Below the pieces are notes generated by a model. The model had not been told where the DNA came from. It saw only the letters and a list, made by a program, of their open reading frames with translations, and made no database searches. A DNA stretch of 64,000 bases from Gammaproteobacteria bacterium (GTDB taxonomy: Bacteria > Pseudomonadota > Gammaproteobacteria > GCA-001735895). The DNA lies in NCBI GenBank assembly GCA_050298595.1, contig JBNKUM010000100.1, forward strand, positions 1-64,000, written 5' to 3'. Below, piece after piece: positions 39,176 through 48,534 of this stretch. A program made the position numbers and the translations under genes. Position 1 is the stretch's first letter, and each line of letters opens with the position of its first letter.

Positions 39176-39442
39176 ATGGCTAGTGGTTGGGCTCCAGACG
39201 GAGCTGTGCAGGATCAAATAGATGCCAGCGTAGATGATGCGGTAAAACAGGCGCGTAGTCGCTTACCTAAAGGTGAAGGGCTGTCCCATTGCGAAGAATG
39301 TGCTGCTGAGATTCCTTTAGCACGTCGTAACGCGATCCCAGGTGTACGCCTGTGTGTGGGCTGCCAGTCGATACTCGATGAACAGCAGAGCTGCAATCAG
39401 GGCTATAACCGGCGCGGCAGTAAGGATAGTCAGTTGCGCTAG
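39176..39442 (+). CDS. ybiI: DksA/TraR C4-type zinc finger protein (YbiI-like)
   Basis: MASGWA.DGAVQDQI, CxxC...CxxC and NRRGSKDSQLR. Confidence 0.9.
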   Translation: MASGWAPDGAVQDQIDASVDDAVKQARSRLPKGEGLSHCEECAAEIPLARRNAIPGVRLCVGCQSILDEQQSCNQGYNRRGSKDSQLR

Positions 39443-39578
39443 GTCTGGCGAGGTACTATAAAAGACCAGTTATTATGCGGTGTAAAAGAATATTTATTCG
39501 CCTCGCTCTGAGAATTCATGGGTGAATGATTCAGAGCCTCTTTTTAAATTTTAAAACTCTCCAACACGAGGATTATTA

Positions 39579-40205
39579 ATGGCTATTCATGTCGCCAGTC
39601 ACCCCCTGATTCAACATAAGTTGGGTCTGCTTAGAAAAGATGGCATCAGTACCAAAAGTTTCCGCCAGCTTGCCAGTGAAGTTTCCATGCTGCTTACCTA
39701 TGAAGCCACCAATGATTTACCGCTGGAAACCACAACCATTAAGGGATGGGATGGAGATGTCACCATTCAGCAGATTAAAGGAAAAAAAATAACCATCGTG
39801 CCTATCTTGAGAGCTGGTCTGGGTATGCTTGATGGTGTAGTCGAGCTTATTCCCAGTGCCCGCATCAGCGTGGTCGGGCTGTATCGCAATGAAGAAACTC
39901 TGGAACCGGTGCCCTATTTTGAAAAGCTCGTTGCCAATATGGAAGAGCGTATGGCCCTGATAGTTGATCCTATGCTCGCTACTGGCGGCTCATTCAATGC
40001 AGCGGTAGACATGGTTAAAAAAACGGGTTGTAAGGATATCCGTGGGCTTTTTCTGGTTGCGGCACCCGAAGGCATCGAAGCCGTCCAAAAACAACACCCG
40101 GATGTTGAGATTTATATCGCCGCCGTCGATGATCATTTGAATGAAAACGGATATATCATCCCCGGCCTCGGTGATGCCGGTGACAAGTTGTTTGGCACCA
40201 AATAG
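39579..40205 (+). CDS. upp: Uracil phosphoribosyltransferase
   Basis: [23 protein letters not shown] and PGLGDAGD. Confidence 0.97.
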   Translation: MAIHVASHPLIQHKLGLLRKDGISTKSFRQLASEVSMLLTYEATNDLPLETTTIKGWDGDVTIQQIKGKKITIVPILRAGLGMLDGVVELIPSARISVVGLYRNEETLEPVPYFEKLVANMEERMALIVDPMLATGGSFNAAVDMVKKTGCKDIRGLFLVAAPEGIEAVQKQHPDVEIYIAAVDDHLNENGYIIPGLGDAGDKLFGTK

Positions 40206-40233
40206 ATTTTAGTAAACCTTTGAGAATAAATTG

Positions 40234-41475
40234 ATGAATTCAGCAAGCAGTACACAAAATCCTCTTCAAAATGCCATCCTGGGTGCTCAAATGCTATTTG
40301 TAGCTTTTGGTGCACTGGTGCTGGTGCCGATATTGACCGGCCTTGACCCCAATGTCGCATTGTTTACCGCCGGTATGGGTACCCTGATATTCCAGCTGGT
40401 CACCAGACGTCAGGTTCCCATATTCCTGGCATCTTCTTTTGCTTTTATTGCGCCGATTATTTACGGTGTAAAAACCTGGGGCATTGCTTCAACCATGTCA
40501 GGTTTAATAGCTGCAGGTTTGCTGTATGCGCTATTGAGTGGATTGATCAAGCTTAAGGGCGCTGAAATAATTGACCGCTATCTGCCACCGATAGTGGTAG
40601 GGCCTGTCATTATCGTCATTGGCCTGAGCCTTGCTCCGGTAGGGATTTTCATGGCGCTTGGGAAAACTGGGGATGGTTCTTTTGAGCTGGTTGCTCATGA
40701 TACGGCACTGACTATTTCAATGATTACTCTGGTGACTACTATTCTGGCGTCTTTCCTGGGTAAAGGTATGTTTAAGCTGATTCCGATTTTAATCGGCATT
40801 ATTGTTGGGTATATCACTTCGCTGTTTTTTGGCATTGTAAAGTTTGATGCAGTAGCCAGTGCGGCCTGGTTTTCTATGCCCCAATTTACTGCGCCGGAAT
40901 TTAATCTGGAAGCGATTCTGTATATCGTCCCAATCGCTATAGCTCCAGCCATAGAGCATGTGGGTGATATGGTTGCCATTAGCGCTGTTACCGGCAAAGA
41001 CTTTATTAAAAAGCCGGGGCTGCACCGCACGCTGCTGGGTGATGGGCTGGCTACTTCTGCGGCTGCTTTAGTTGGTGGTCCGCCAAATACTACGTATTCC
41101 GAAGTGACTGGTGCAGTGGCACTGACCAAAGCCTTTAATCCAGTAATTATGACCTGGGCGGCAGGCTTCGCAATTTTTCTGTCTTTTTCAGGCAAAACTG
41201 GAGCGATATTACAAAGCATACCTACACCGGTTATGGGTGGCATCATGACGCTGATGTTTGGTGCGATTGCAGCCATCGGTATGAATTCGCTGGTACGTTC
41301 AGGTGAAGATTTATCTGAAACCAGAAACATGGTCATTACCTCTCTGGTACTGGTATTTGGTCTGGGCGGTATGGCGCTGAACTATGGTGAATTCACCTTA
41401 CAGGGCATAGGCCTGTCGGCAATGGTTGCGATAGCGCTGAACATTATCCTGCCCAGGGCGAAAGCTGAAGCATAA
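40234..41475 (+). CDS. uraA: Uracil permease (NCS2 family)
   Basis: [19 protein letters not shown] and PNTTYSE; follows upp. Confidence 0.93.
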   Translation: MNSASSTQNPLQNAILGAQMLFVAFGALVLVPILTGLDPNVALFTAGMGTLIFQLVTRRQVPIFLASSFAFIAPIIYGVKTWGIASTMSGLIAAGLLYALLSGLIKLKGAEIIDRYLPPIVVGPVIIVIGLSLAPVGIFMALGKTGDGSFELVAHDTALTISMITLVTTILASFLGKGMFKLIPILIGIIVGYITSLFFGIVKFDAVASAAWFSMPQFTAPEFNLEAILYIVPIAIAPAIEHVGDMVAISAVTGKDFIKKPGLHRTLLGDGLATSAAALVGGPPNTTYSEVTGAVALTKAFNPVIMTWAAGFAIFLSFSGKTGAILQSIPTPVMGGIMTLMFGAIAAIGMNSLVRSGEDLSETRNMVITSLVLVFGLGGMALNYGEFTLQGIGLSAMVAIALNIILPRAKAEA

Positions 41476-41480
41476 GGCGC

Positions 41481-41518
41481 CTATAGCGATCAGGTAACGA
41501 CCTGGTCGCTATAGTTTT
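41481..41518 (+). terminator. Rho-independent terminator after uraA
   Basis: CTATAGCGATCAGGT-AACG-ACCTGGTCGCTATAG-TTTT. Confidence 0.8.
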
Positions 41519-41543
41519 CTCTATTGAATCAGATGACCAGCTT

Positions 41544-42224
41544 ATGGATTTGTTAGCCTTAGAACAGACACTCAAGGAAAGCCTACAGGATCACAGGCTT
41601 GATCAGGACGAGAAAGCCGTATTCAAGGCATTTTCAGAAACCCTTGATGATGAGGCATTAAGTTTTATACGTAATAAGGCTTTTGAGCTGAGCCGACCAG
41701 CCATTGAGTCAGGTGGCGCAGAGGCTATAAAGGTACTCAACTGGCTGCAGCGGGTGGTCAAAGCTATTCAGCCACAAAAACCAGCCGTCATCGAATCTGA
41801 GGCTTATTTCAGTCCGGGCAACAGTTGCAGAAACAGGATTAATAGCCTGTTACGAGCGGCCAGTAAGTCCGTTGATATCTGTGTGTTTACCATCTCAGAT
41901 AATGAAATTACCCAGTCGATTATAAAAGCACATCAGCGTGGTGTTGTGGTCACCATCATCAGTGATAACGACAAAGCCAGTGACACTGGAAGCGATATTC
42001 AGTTTTTAATGGATAAAGGCGTCAAAGTCCTGCTCGACCAATCGCCTTATCACATGCACCATAAGTTTGCGATATTTGATCAGCGAATTCTCTTGAATGG
42101 AAGCTTTAACTGGACGCTTAGTGCGACACAGTTAAATGAAGAAAATATACTGCTGACTTCTGATCCGAAGCTGGTATCAGCATTTTCGGAACAGTTTGAA
42201 AATTTGAAGAAAAATTTTTCTTAA
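41544..42224 (+). CDS. Phospholipase D family nuclease-like protein (single HKD, Nuc/Zucchini type)
   Basis: MHHKFAIFD, GSFNWT and N.EN motifs with a helical N-terminal extension. Confidence 0.88.
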   Translation: MDLLALEQTLKESLQDHRLDQDEKAVFKAFSETLDDEALSFIRNKAFELSRPAIESGGAEAIKVLNWLQRVVKAIQPQKPAVIESEAYFSPGNSCRNRINSLLRAASKSVDICVFTISDNEITQSIIKAHQRGVVVTIISDNDKASDTGSDIQFLMDKGVKVLLDQSPYHMHHKFAIFDQRILLNGSFNWTLSATQLNEENILLTSDPKLVSAFSEQFENLKKNFS

Positions 42225-42261
42225 GGTGGCTTTCTGTGGCTGGAGTGATTACCAGCCCCTG

Positions 42262-42828
42262 TTAACAGGCTTTGGCAAGGATTGCCGCCAGTTCAGGCCG
42301 GTTTAATGCAATCTCTTCGTCGCTCAGCCCTTCCAGTGAATGGGGGTACTTAAGCCATTGCTCCGTTTCATAAAGATAATAATCGGGCGCGCGATCAGTT
42401 TGATTGCGGGTGGGTTTGTAATAAGGCACTGCAATTCTGATATCGCCTGGGGTGTTGCGTCTGGCCTGTTTTTTAATGTGATCAATAACCGCCTGGATGG
42501 TTTTGCCGGTGTCGAACACATCATCTACTAACAGAAGTCTATCTTCGTTACTACAGTTTTTTATCAGATAGTTGATGCCGTATACGGCGACTTCTTTGGC
42601 AGTGCTATCGACGTTGGCACTGGAGTAATAGGCAGTGCGAATAGCGATATGGTCTGTTTTGATATTGTGATACTGCAAAAACTCCTGCACCGCTATACCC
42701 ATTGGTACGCCGCCACGCCATAGGGCTACAATAAAGGTTGGCCTAAAGCCGCTATTAATTACCTGTGCTGCTAGCTTGAAAGAGTCTTCCAGCAGTGTCT
42801 GGGCATTCAGGTAGAGCTTATCGCCCAT
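42262..42828 (-). CDS. Type I phosphoribosyltransferase (purine PRTase-like)
   Basis: LWRGG and the PRPP loop LLVDDVFDTGKT. Confidence 0.9.
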   Translation of the reverse strand: MGDKLYLNAQTLLEDSFKLAAQVINSGFRPTFIVALWRGGVPMGIAVQEFLQYHNIKTDHIAIRTAYYSSANVDSTAKEVAVYGINYLIKNCSNEDRLLLVDDVFDTGKTIQAVIDHIKKQARRNTPGDIRIAVPYYKPTRNQTDRAPDYYLYETEQWLKYPHSLEGLSDEEIALNRPELAAILAKAC

Positions 42829-42908
42829 GATAAAACCTCATGAATAGGGTGAAAGTGATTCATTTTCTCAGTAGTATCTTCAGCACTGAAAAAAAGGTTA
42901 GACAGAAA

Positions 42909-43484
42909 ATGAGCAAGCAGTTTATCAAGGAGCAGCAGCTACTGGAAGATTCATTCCGCCTGGCGGTGGAAATATATAACAGTGGTTTTCGACCAACGGT
43001 TATTGTGGGCCTGTGGCGTGGAGGTAGTACGGTGGGGATTTATGTTCAGGAGTGCCTGCAACATCTGGGTGTGAAAACGCGCCACTTAGCCGCACGTACC
43101 TCTTATGAAGGTGCAGAGAGTTATCAGGACATGGTGGATAATCATGCGGATATCAAGATTCATGGGCTGCAATACCTGTATGAAACGCTGGAGTACGATG
43201 ATGCCCTGTTGATCGTAGATGATGTATTTAATTCCGGGCTCAATATTGATGCGGTGATCAACAAGCTGTCGTCCAGGACAAAACGTAATATGCCTGACGA
43301 AACGCGAGTGGCGACCATCTGGTTCAAGCCTGATAATAATCGTACGGATCGCAATCCAGATTACTATCTGCATACAACCAGCGACTGGCTGGTATTGCCC
43401 TATGAATTAACTGGCCTGGACTATGAAGAACTGATTACAAATAAACCGTTTTTGAAGCAGATACTGGAAAGTGTGAAGCCTTAA
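42909..43484 (+). CDS. Type I phosphoribosyltransferase (purine PRTase-like), paralog of the divergent neighbour
   Basis: LWRGG and LIVDDVFNSG; start at ATG 42909 by alignment with the paralog. Confidence 0.88.
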   Translation: MSKQFIKEQQLLEDSFRLAVEIYNSGFRPTVIVGLWRGGSTVGIYVQECLQHLGVKTRHLAARTSYEGAESYQDMVDNHADIKIHGLQYLYETLEYDDALLIVDDVFNSGLNIDAVINKLSSRTKRNMPDETRVATIWFKPDNNRTDRNPDYYLHTTSDWLVLPYELTGLDYEELITNKPFLKQILESVKP

Positions 43485-43516
43485 CATTCGGCAAACAACT
43501 GGAGTAACAAACCACT

Positions 43517-44362
43517 ATGAAACTATTGCGTTATGGTAAGGCGGGTGAAGAAAAGCCAGGCTTGCTGGACAGTAAGGGTATTATGCGCGATCTTTCCAAT
43601 ATCGTTAAAGATATCGATGGATCGACCCTGTCTCCTGACTCACTGGCGCGCCTCAAAGCGATAGATCCAGCAACTCTGCCAGTGGTTGATGGTTCTCCGC
43701 GCCTTGGCTCCTGCATTGCAAAGCCGGGGAAATTTGTGGCTATTGGACTCAATTATTCCGATCACGCAAAGGAAACTAACTCGCCCATTCCCAAAGAACC
43801 GGTTGTATTCTACAAGGCAGATACCTGCATCAGTGGGCCTGATGACAATATCATTCAACCACGCAATTCCACCAAACTGGACTGGGAAGTTGAAATTGCC
43901 ATAGTCATCGGTAGCAAAGCGCAATATCTTGATGAGGTGCAGGCCGAGCAGGCGATTGCTGGTTACTGTATCGTCAACGATGTTTCTGAACGCAGTTTTC
44001 AAATTGATCGTGGAGGGAGTCAATGGTCCAAGGGTAAAGGATGCGATAGCTTTGGTCCGACTGGCCCATGGCTGGTAACCCCGGATGAAATCGAAGACGT
44101 GCAAAATCTCGCCATGTGGCTGGACGTGAATGGCAAGCGTATGCAAACCGGTAATACCAGTACGATGATTTTCAACTGCGTATATCTGGTCAGCTATCTA
44201 AGTCAATTTATGACTTTAATGCCGGGCGATATTGTCACCACAGGCACCCCGCCAGGGGTAGCTCTGGGTATGCATCCATCGCCCTGGTTGCAACCAGGGG
44301 ATGTGATTAATCTGGGCATAGACGGCCTCGGTGAGCAACGTCAAACAGTGGTTGGATGGTAG
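43517..44362 (+). CDS. Fumarylacetoacetate hydrolase family protein
   Basis: GLNY.DH, DWEVE, NDVSER, KG.D.F.P.GP and TGTPPGV. Confidence 0.93.
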   Translation: MKLLRYGKAGEEKPGLLDSKGIMRDLSNIVKDIDGSTLSPDSLARLKAIDPATLPVVDGSPRLGSCIAKPGKFVAIGLNYSDHAKETNSPIPKEPVVFYKADTCISGPDDNIIQPRNSTKLDWEVEIAIVIGSKAQYLDEVQAEQAIAGYCIVNDVSERSFQIDRGGSQWSKGKGCDSFGPTGPWLVTPDEIEDVQNLAMWLDVNGKRMQTGNTSTMIFNCVYLVSYLSQFMTLMPGDIVTTGTPPGVALGMHPSPWLQPGDVINLGIDGLGEQRQTVVGW

Positions 44363-44397
44363 CAAGTGTAAATTAATAAAAAGTACGGTTTCTACTT

Positions 44398-45003
44398 ATG
44401 TCTAAACGTCATTCCCTGTTATCGTGCAATCACTGGATTTTTGATATGGATGGCACACTCACTATCAGCCAGCACGATTTTGCATACATCCGCAAAAAGC
44501 TGGGTCTGCCGCAAGCTGTTCCCATTCTGGAAGCGCTGAATGCGATGCCCTTACAACAGGCAGAGCCTCTGTGGGAAATGCTGAATGACCTGGAGCTCTA
44601 CTATGCAGGCAACGCGACGATTATGCATGGCGTGAGGCCTGTGCTCGAGCGGCTTTATGCCCGCGGTGCCCAACTCGCGATCCTTACGCGCAATACCATG
44701 CCGGTAGTTAAGCTAACCTTACAGGCCTGTGGTATCGATCATTTTTTTCCGCAACATCACCTACTCGATCGTGACTCCTGTAAACCCAAACCATCCCCTG
44801 AGGGTGTTCATCATTTACTTCAGCTCTGGGGTGCAGAGCCCGAAGATGCAGTTATGGTAGGAGATTACCTGTATGATTTGCAGGCAGGCAAGGGTGCGGG
44901 GGTAACCACCATCCATATTGATCCAGAAGGTATGTTTGCCTGGCCCGAGATGAGCGATATCTGTATTCGCGAGTTTGCCGAAATAGAAGACTATATCGGC
45001 TGA
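44398..45003 (+). CDS. HAD superfamily hydrolase
   Basis: FDMDGTL, LTRN, KP.P and MVGDYLYD. Confidence 0.92.
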   Translation: MSKRHSLLSCNHWIFDMDGTLTISQHDFAYIRKKLGLPQAVPILEALNAMPLQQAEPLWEMLNDLELYYAGNATIMHGVRPVLERLYARGAQLAILTRNTMPVVKLTLQACGIDHFFPQHHLLDRDSCKPKPSPEGVHHLLQLWGAEPEDAVMVGDYLYDLQAGKGAGVTTIHIDPEGMFAWPEMSDICIREFAEIEDYIG

Positions 45004-45229
45004 TCATGGCTCAAAATCATGGCCTGTTGATGGTTTTTTTAAAAAACTGGAATAAGAAAGGGTTACGAGTGGTCCCGTCAACTGAGGCTATGTTTTTTTT
45101 GGCTTAAAAGCGACTTGGGGAGTAAGATCCACTAATAGCATTTTATATCTGAGCAATTTGGAAACTATTTTCCATTAATAGTGCATTTTCCGAGCTAGAA
45201 AAAATTCTGACGAATTCAAGGGGACGAAA

Positions 45230-47716
45230 ATGAAAAAAATCGATGCGGTTAAAGAAAAGAATTCTTTTTCTTCATATTTTAATAGTAAGGATGTTGAGGG
45301 AATAAAAAAAACTATATTGAACCACCTGTTAAGCTTTCAGGGGCGAGATCCACAGCGTGCGGGTACTCCAGATGTTTATAAAGCTCTTGCCTATACTATG
45401 AGGGATTTTCTGGTTGAAAACTGGATTAATACTCAGCAAAGTTATTACACTAAAAAACAAAAGCGGGTCTATTATCTATCCCTGGAATTCTTAATAGGTC
45501 GCTCCCTGGGAAACAGCCTTTTCAACATGGGGTTTTACGATAAGGTTAACCAGGCCGTTGAGGAGCTCGGTTTTGATTTAGCAGCGGTACGTGAAGAGGA
45601 AGAAGATGCTGCATTAGGTAATGGTGGCCTGGGTCGATTAGCGGCGTGTTTTATGGACTCCATCGCCACCATGAAAATTCCTGGTTATGGCTATGGTATT
45701 AATTACGATTTTGGCCTGTTTCATCAAAATTTTATTGATGGCTATCAGTTTGAAAGCCCCGATAACTGGCTGCGTTATGGCTCGCCCTGGGAGTTTGACC
45801 GAACACACCCCTTATATGCGGTCAAATTTTATGGCAATGTCAGTAGTTTTATTGATAAAAAAGGTCATTACCGCTCTGAATGGGTTAACACAGAGACTGT
45901 GATGGCTAATCCCTGCGATGTTTTAATACCGGGATATGGCAATAATAATGTTATCAATATGCGGCTGTGGCGTGCCAAAGCATCTAGAGAGCTGGACTTA
46001 AATTATTTTGGTAAAGGAGATTATATTGGGGCCGTACAAAATAAAGTTCAATCAGAAACCATATCAAAATTACTCTATCCACCTGATGATGAAAGTGCTG
46101 GGCGAGAGTTGAGGTTAAAGCAGCAATACTTTTTCGTTGCAGCAACATTTCAGGATATTTTCAGGCGTTACGTGAAGCACAATAAAGGATTTGATAACTT
46201 CAGTGATAAAGTTGCGGTCCAGCTGAATGACACCCATCCCTCTATCGCAATTCCAGAGTTGATGCGCCTGTTCATGGATGAGCATGGCATGGGTTGGGAA
46301 GAGTCCTGGGATATCTGTGTCAAGACTTTTGCCTATACCAATCACACTCTTATGCCGGAAGCGTTAGAGACCTGGACTGTAGAGCTGTTTGGAAAAGTAC
46401 TGCCGCGACATTTACAGATAGTCTACGAAATTAATCATCGATTTTTAGATCAGGTTGCCAAGAAATATCCCGCGCAGAATGCATTGCTCAGAAATATGTC
46501 AATCATCGATGAAGGCCCTCCCCAGCGAGTGCGTATGTCTCATTTGGCTATAGTTGGCAGTCATTCGGTGAATGGTGTCGCAGAGCTGCATACGGAACTG
46601 ATAAAAACAAGACTGTTTAAAGATTTTCATCAGTTTTATCCAGAACGATTTAACAATAAAACAAATGGTATTACGCCCAGAAGGTGGCTACTTAAATGCA
46701 ACACGAGATTATCTTCCCTGATTATCGAAAACATTGGCGACGGGTGGATCACGGAGCTTGAGCAGCTTAAACAACTTGAAAAGTTCGCCGAAGATGCAGC
46801 GTTTCAGGACAAGTTTCATGCCGCCAAACTGGCCAATAAACAACGCCTGGCATCGGTTATTAAGCGCTTGTGTAGTGTTGAGGTAAATATTGACTCATTA
46901 TTCGATGTGCAGGTGAAGCGAGTGCACGAATATAAGCGGCAGCTTTTGAATCTATTGCATGTTATTGCACTGTATCAGCGTATTGTTACCAGACCTGATG
47001 AGAATGTTGTCCCGCGTACGGTCATTTTTGCTGGCAAGGCAGCTCCTGGCTATAAGAAAGCCAAGTTGATTATTAAACTTATCAACTCTGTTGCAGAAGT
47101 TGTTAACAACGACCCTCGGGTTGGGGATAAGCTAAAAGTCGTTTTTATCCCAAATTATGGGGTGTCACTGGCAGAAAAAATTATCCCGGCGGCAGATCTG
47201 TCTGAGCAAATCTCCACTGCTGGAACAGAGGCTTCAGGCACGGGAAATATGAAGTTTGCACTCAATGGCGCCTTGACCATTGGTACACTTGATGGAGCCA
47301 ATATTGAAATAAGGGAAGAAGTTGGCAAAGAAAATATTTTCATATTTGGTCTGACGGCAGAACAAGCCGAGTGGGAAAAGCGATCTCCCAAGCGCTCGCC
47401 CCAACAAATCTATCAACAAAGCGAAGAAATTCGCCAGGTTATTGATGCTATTGGGCAGGGTTGTTTTTCAAAAGAGGATAAACACCTTTTTCAGCCAATT
47501 TATGATGACCTGATGAATCATTACCGAGACCCGTATCTGCACTTGATGGATTTAGAACAGTACCTGCGCTGTCAGGAGAGGGTCGAACAAACTTATCTAG
47601 ATAAAAAACAATGGTGCAAAATGGCCATTCTTAATGTGGCCAGGATGGGCAAGTTTTCAAGTGATCGTACCATTCGGCAATATGCGGAGGAAATCTGGGG
47701 GATTGAAGTGGAGTGA
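45230..47716 (+). CDS. glgP: Glycogen/starch phosphorylase
   Basis: LGNGGLGRLAACF, LNDTHP, KRVHEYKRQ and EASGTGNMK. Confidence 0.97.
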   Translation: MKKIDAVKEKNSFSSYFNSKDVEGIKKTILNHLLSFQGRDPQRAGTPDVYKALAYTMRDFLVENWINTQQSYYTKKQKRVYYLSLEFLIGRSLGNSLFNMGFYDKVNQAVEELGFDLAAVREEEEDAALGNGGLGRLAACFMDSIATMKIPGYGYGINYDFGLFHQNFIDGYQFESPDNWLRYGSPWEFDRTHPLYAVKFYGNVSSFIDKKGHYRSEWVNTETVMANPCDVLIPGYGNNNVINMRLWRAKASRELDLNYFGKGDYIGAVQNKVQSETISKLLYPPDDESAGRELRLKQQYFFVAATFQDIFRRYVKHNKGFDNFSDKVAVQLNDTHPSIAIPELMRLFMDEHGMGWEESWDICVKTFAYTNHTLMPEALETWTVELFGKVLPRHLQIVYEINHRFLDQVAKKYPAQNALLRNMSIIDEGPPQRVRMSHLAIVGSHSVNGVAELHTELIKTRLFKDFHQFYPERFNNKTNGITPRRWLLKCNTRLSSLIIENIGDGWITELEQLKQLEKFAEDAAFQDKFHAAKLANKQRLASVIKRLCSVEVNIDSLFDVQVKRVHEYKRQLLNLLHVIALYQRIVTRPDENVVPRTVIFAGKAAPGYKKAKLIIKLINSVAEVVNNDPRVGDKLKVVFIPNYGVSLAEKIIPAADLSEQISTAGTEASGTGNMKFALNGALTIGTLDGANIEIREEVGKENIFIFGLTAEQAEWEKRSPKRSPQQIYQQSEEIRQVIDAIGQGCFSKEDKHLFQPIYDDLMNHYRDPYLHLMDLEQYLRCQERVEQTYLDKKQWCKMAILNVARMGKFSSDRTIRQYAEEIWGIEVE

Positions 47717-47807
47717 ATTGAAATTGGTATATAAAGAGTGTGAGGGCAAGTTGTCGTCTTCTTCTCAATGGTTGCTGGGTCAATAAGAGTGCGTGGATAT
47801 GTGGATT

Positions 47808-47891
47808 ATCCTGGAATCCGCAGTTGGACGAGTTGTCGTGCGATTGAGGTGGTGTAGATCAAGGCGTGCGGTCAACTGCGGAATCCAGGAT
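47808..47891. repeat. Short element bounded by 19-bp inverted repeats (REP/MITE-like)
   Basis: ATCCTGGAATCCGCAGTTG at 47808-47826 versus CAACTGCGGAATCCAGGAT at 47873-47891, one mismatch. Confidence 0.6.
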
Positions 47892-47902
47892 TATATTCCA
47901 GG

Positions 47903-48068
47903 CTAGATCAATTGATGGGAAAAAGTAAGGGCGTTATGCCCGTGAGCGCGCTTCGTGAGTTGCCAGCAGTCAGCAACCCTTTTCAGCAGTCGTTCAAATT
48001 CAACTGGCTTAACCCGGTAGTCGTTGGCTCCCGCCACCATGCAGGCTAGCTATATGCTCGGGTTGCAT
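47903..48068 (-). pseudogene. Remnant of a CheY-like receiver domain
   Basis: Minus strand reads MQPEHIA/(frameshift)/ACMVAGANDYRVKPVEFERLLKRV, matching the receiver C-terminal GA.DY..KP motif. Confidence 0.6.
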
Positions 48069-48469
48069 GCATATCCCTCTATTCCTCAGTAATAATACGA
48101 CCATAGCGTATGATTATTGGGTGTTTACTCCACTCGAGATAATCAATATATATTATTTTCCCCATGGATATAATGCATCTTCCAATATATTGAGCCAAAG
48201 TAATAGGCGTGTTCAGCTTGAGAGCTAATGCAGAATGCGTATATCGAATTATTCAATGGGAAAAATCAGAGACGAATGTTTGACTGAGTGCAATAGATTT
48301 AATTGGGCTACAGCTAAAAGTTAGACTCTTCGGCGCTGTTAAAATTGTGTAAAAAAATTGCCCCGTCGTTTGGATATGTCTCCTGATTACATTCCTGCTG
48401 TCTGAACGCGATTTAAATGGTTGTTGGGCTATAAGACTGGGCTGGACTACTTCACCAGATGTTCGCACC

Positions 48470-48499
48470 GCTGCGCTATGCCAAATGGCATAGCGCAGC
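48470..48499. terminator. Perfect 14-bp stem-loop downstream of the membrane-PilZ gene
   Basis: GCTGCGCTATGCCA-AA-TGGCATAGCGCAGC. Confidence 0.65.
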
Positions 48500-48534
48500 A
48501 GTAATGATTTAATAGATATACATCGTTGAATAAA

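Noticed and set aside
29859-47716. Numerous short antisense or alternate-frame ORFs within gltB, gltD, zwf, gnd, uraA and glgP
   Set aside because: Shadows of well-conserved genes with no motifs or RBS
48253-48468. 71-aa minus-strand ORF
   Set aside because: Weak start and no recognisable motif; lies beyond the terminator-like hairpin
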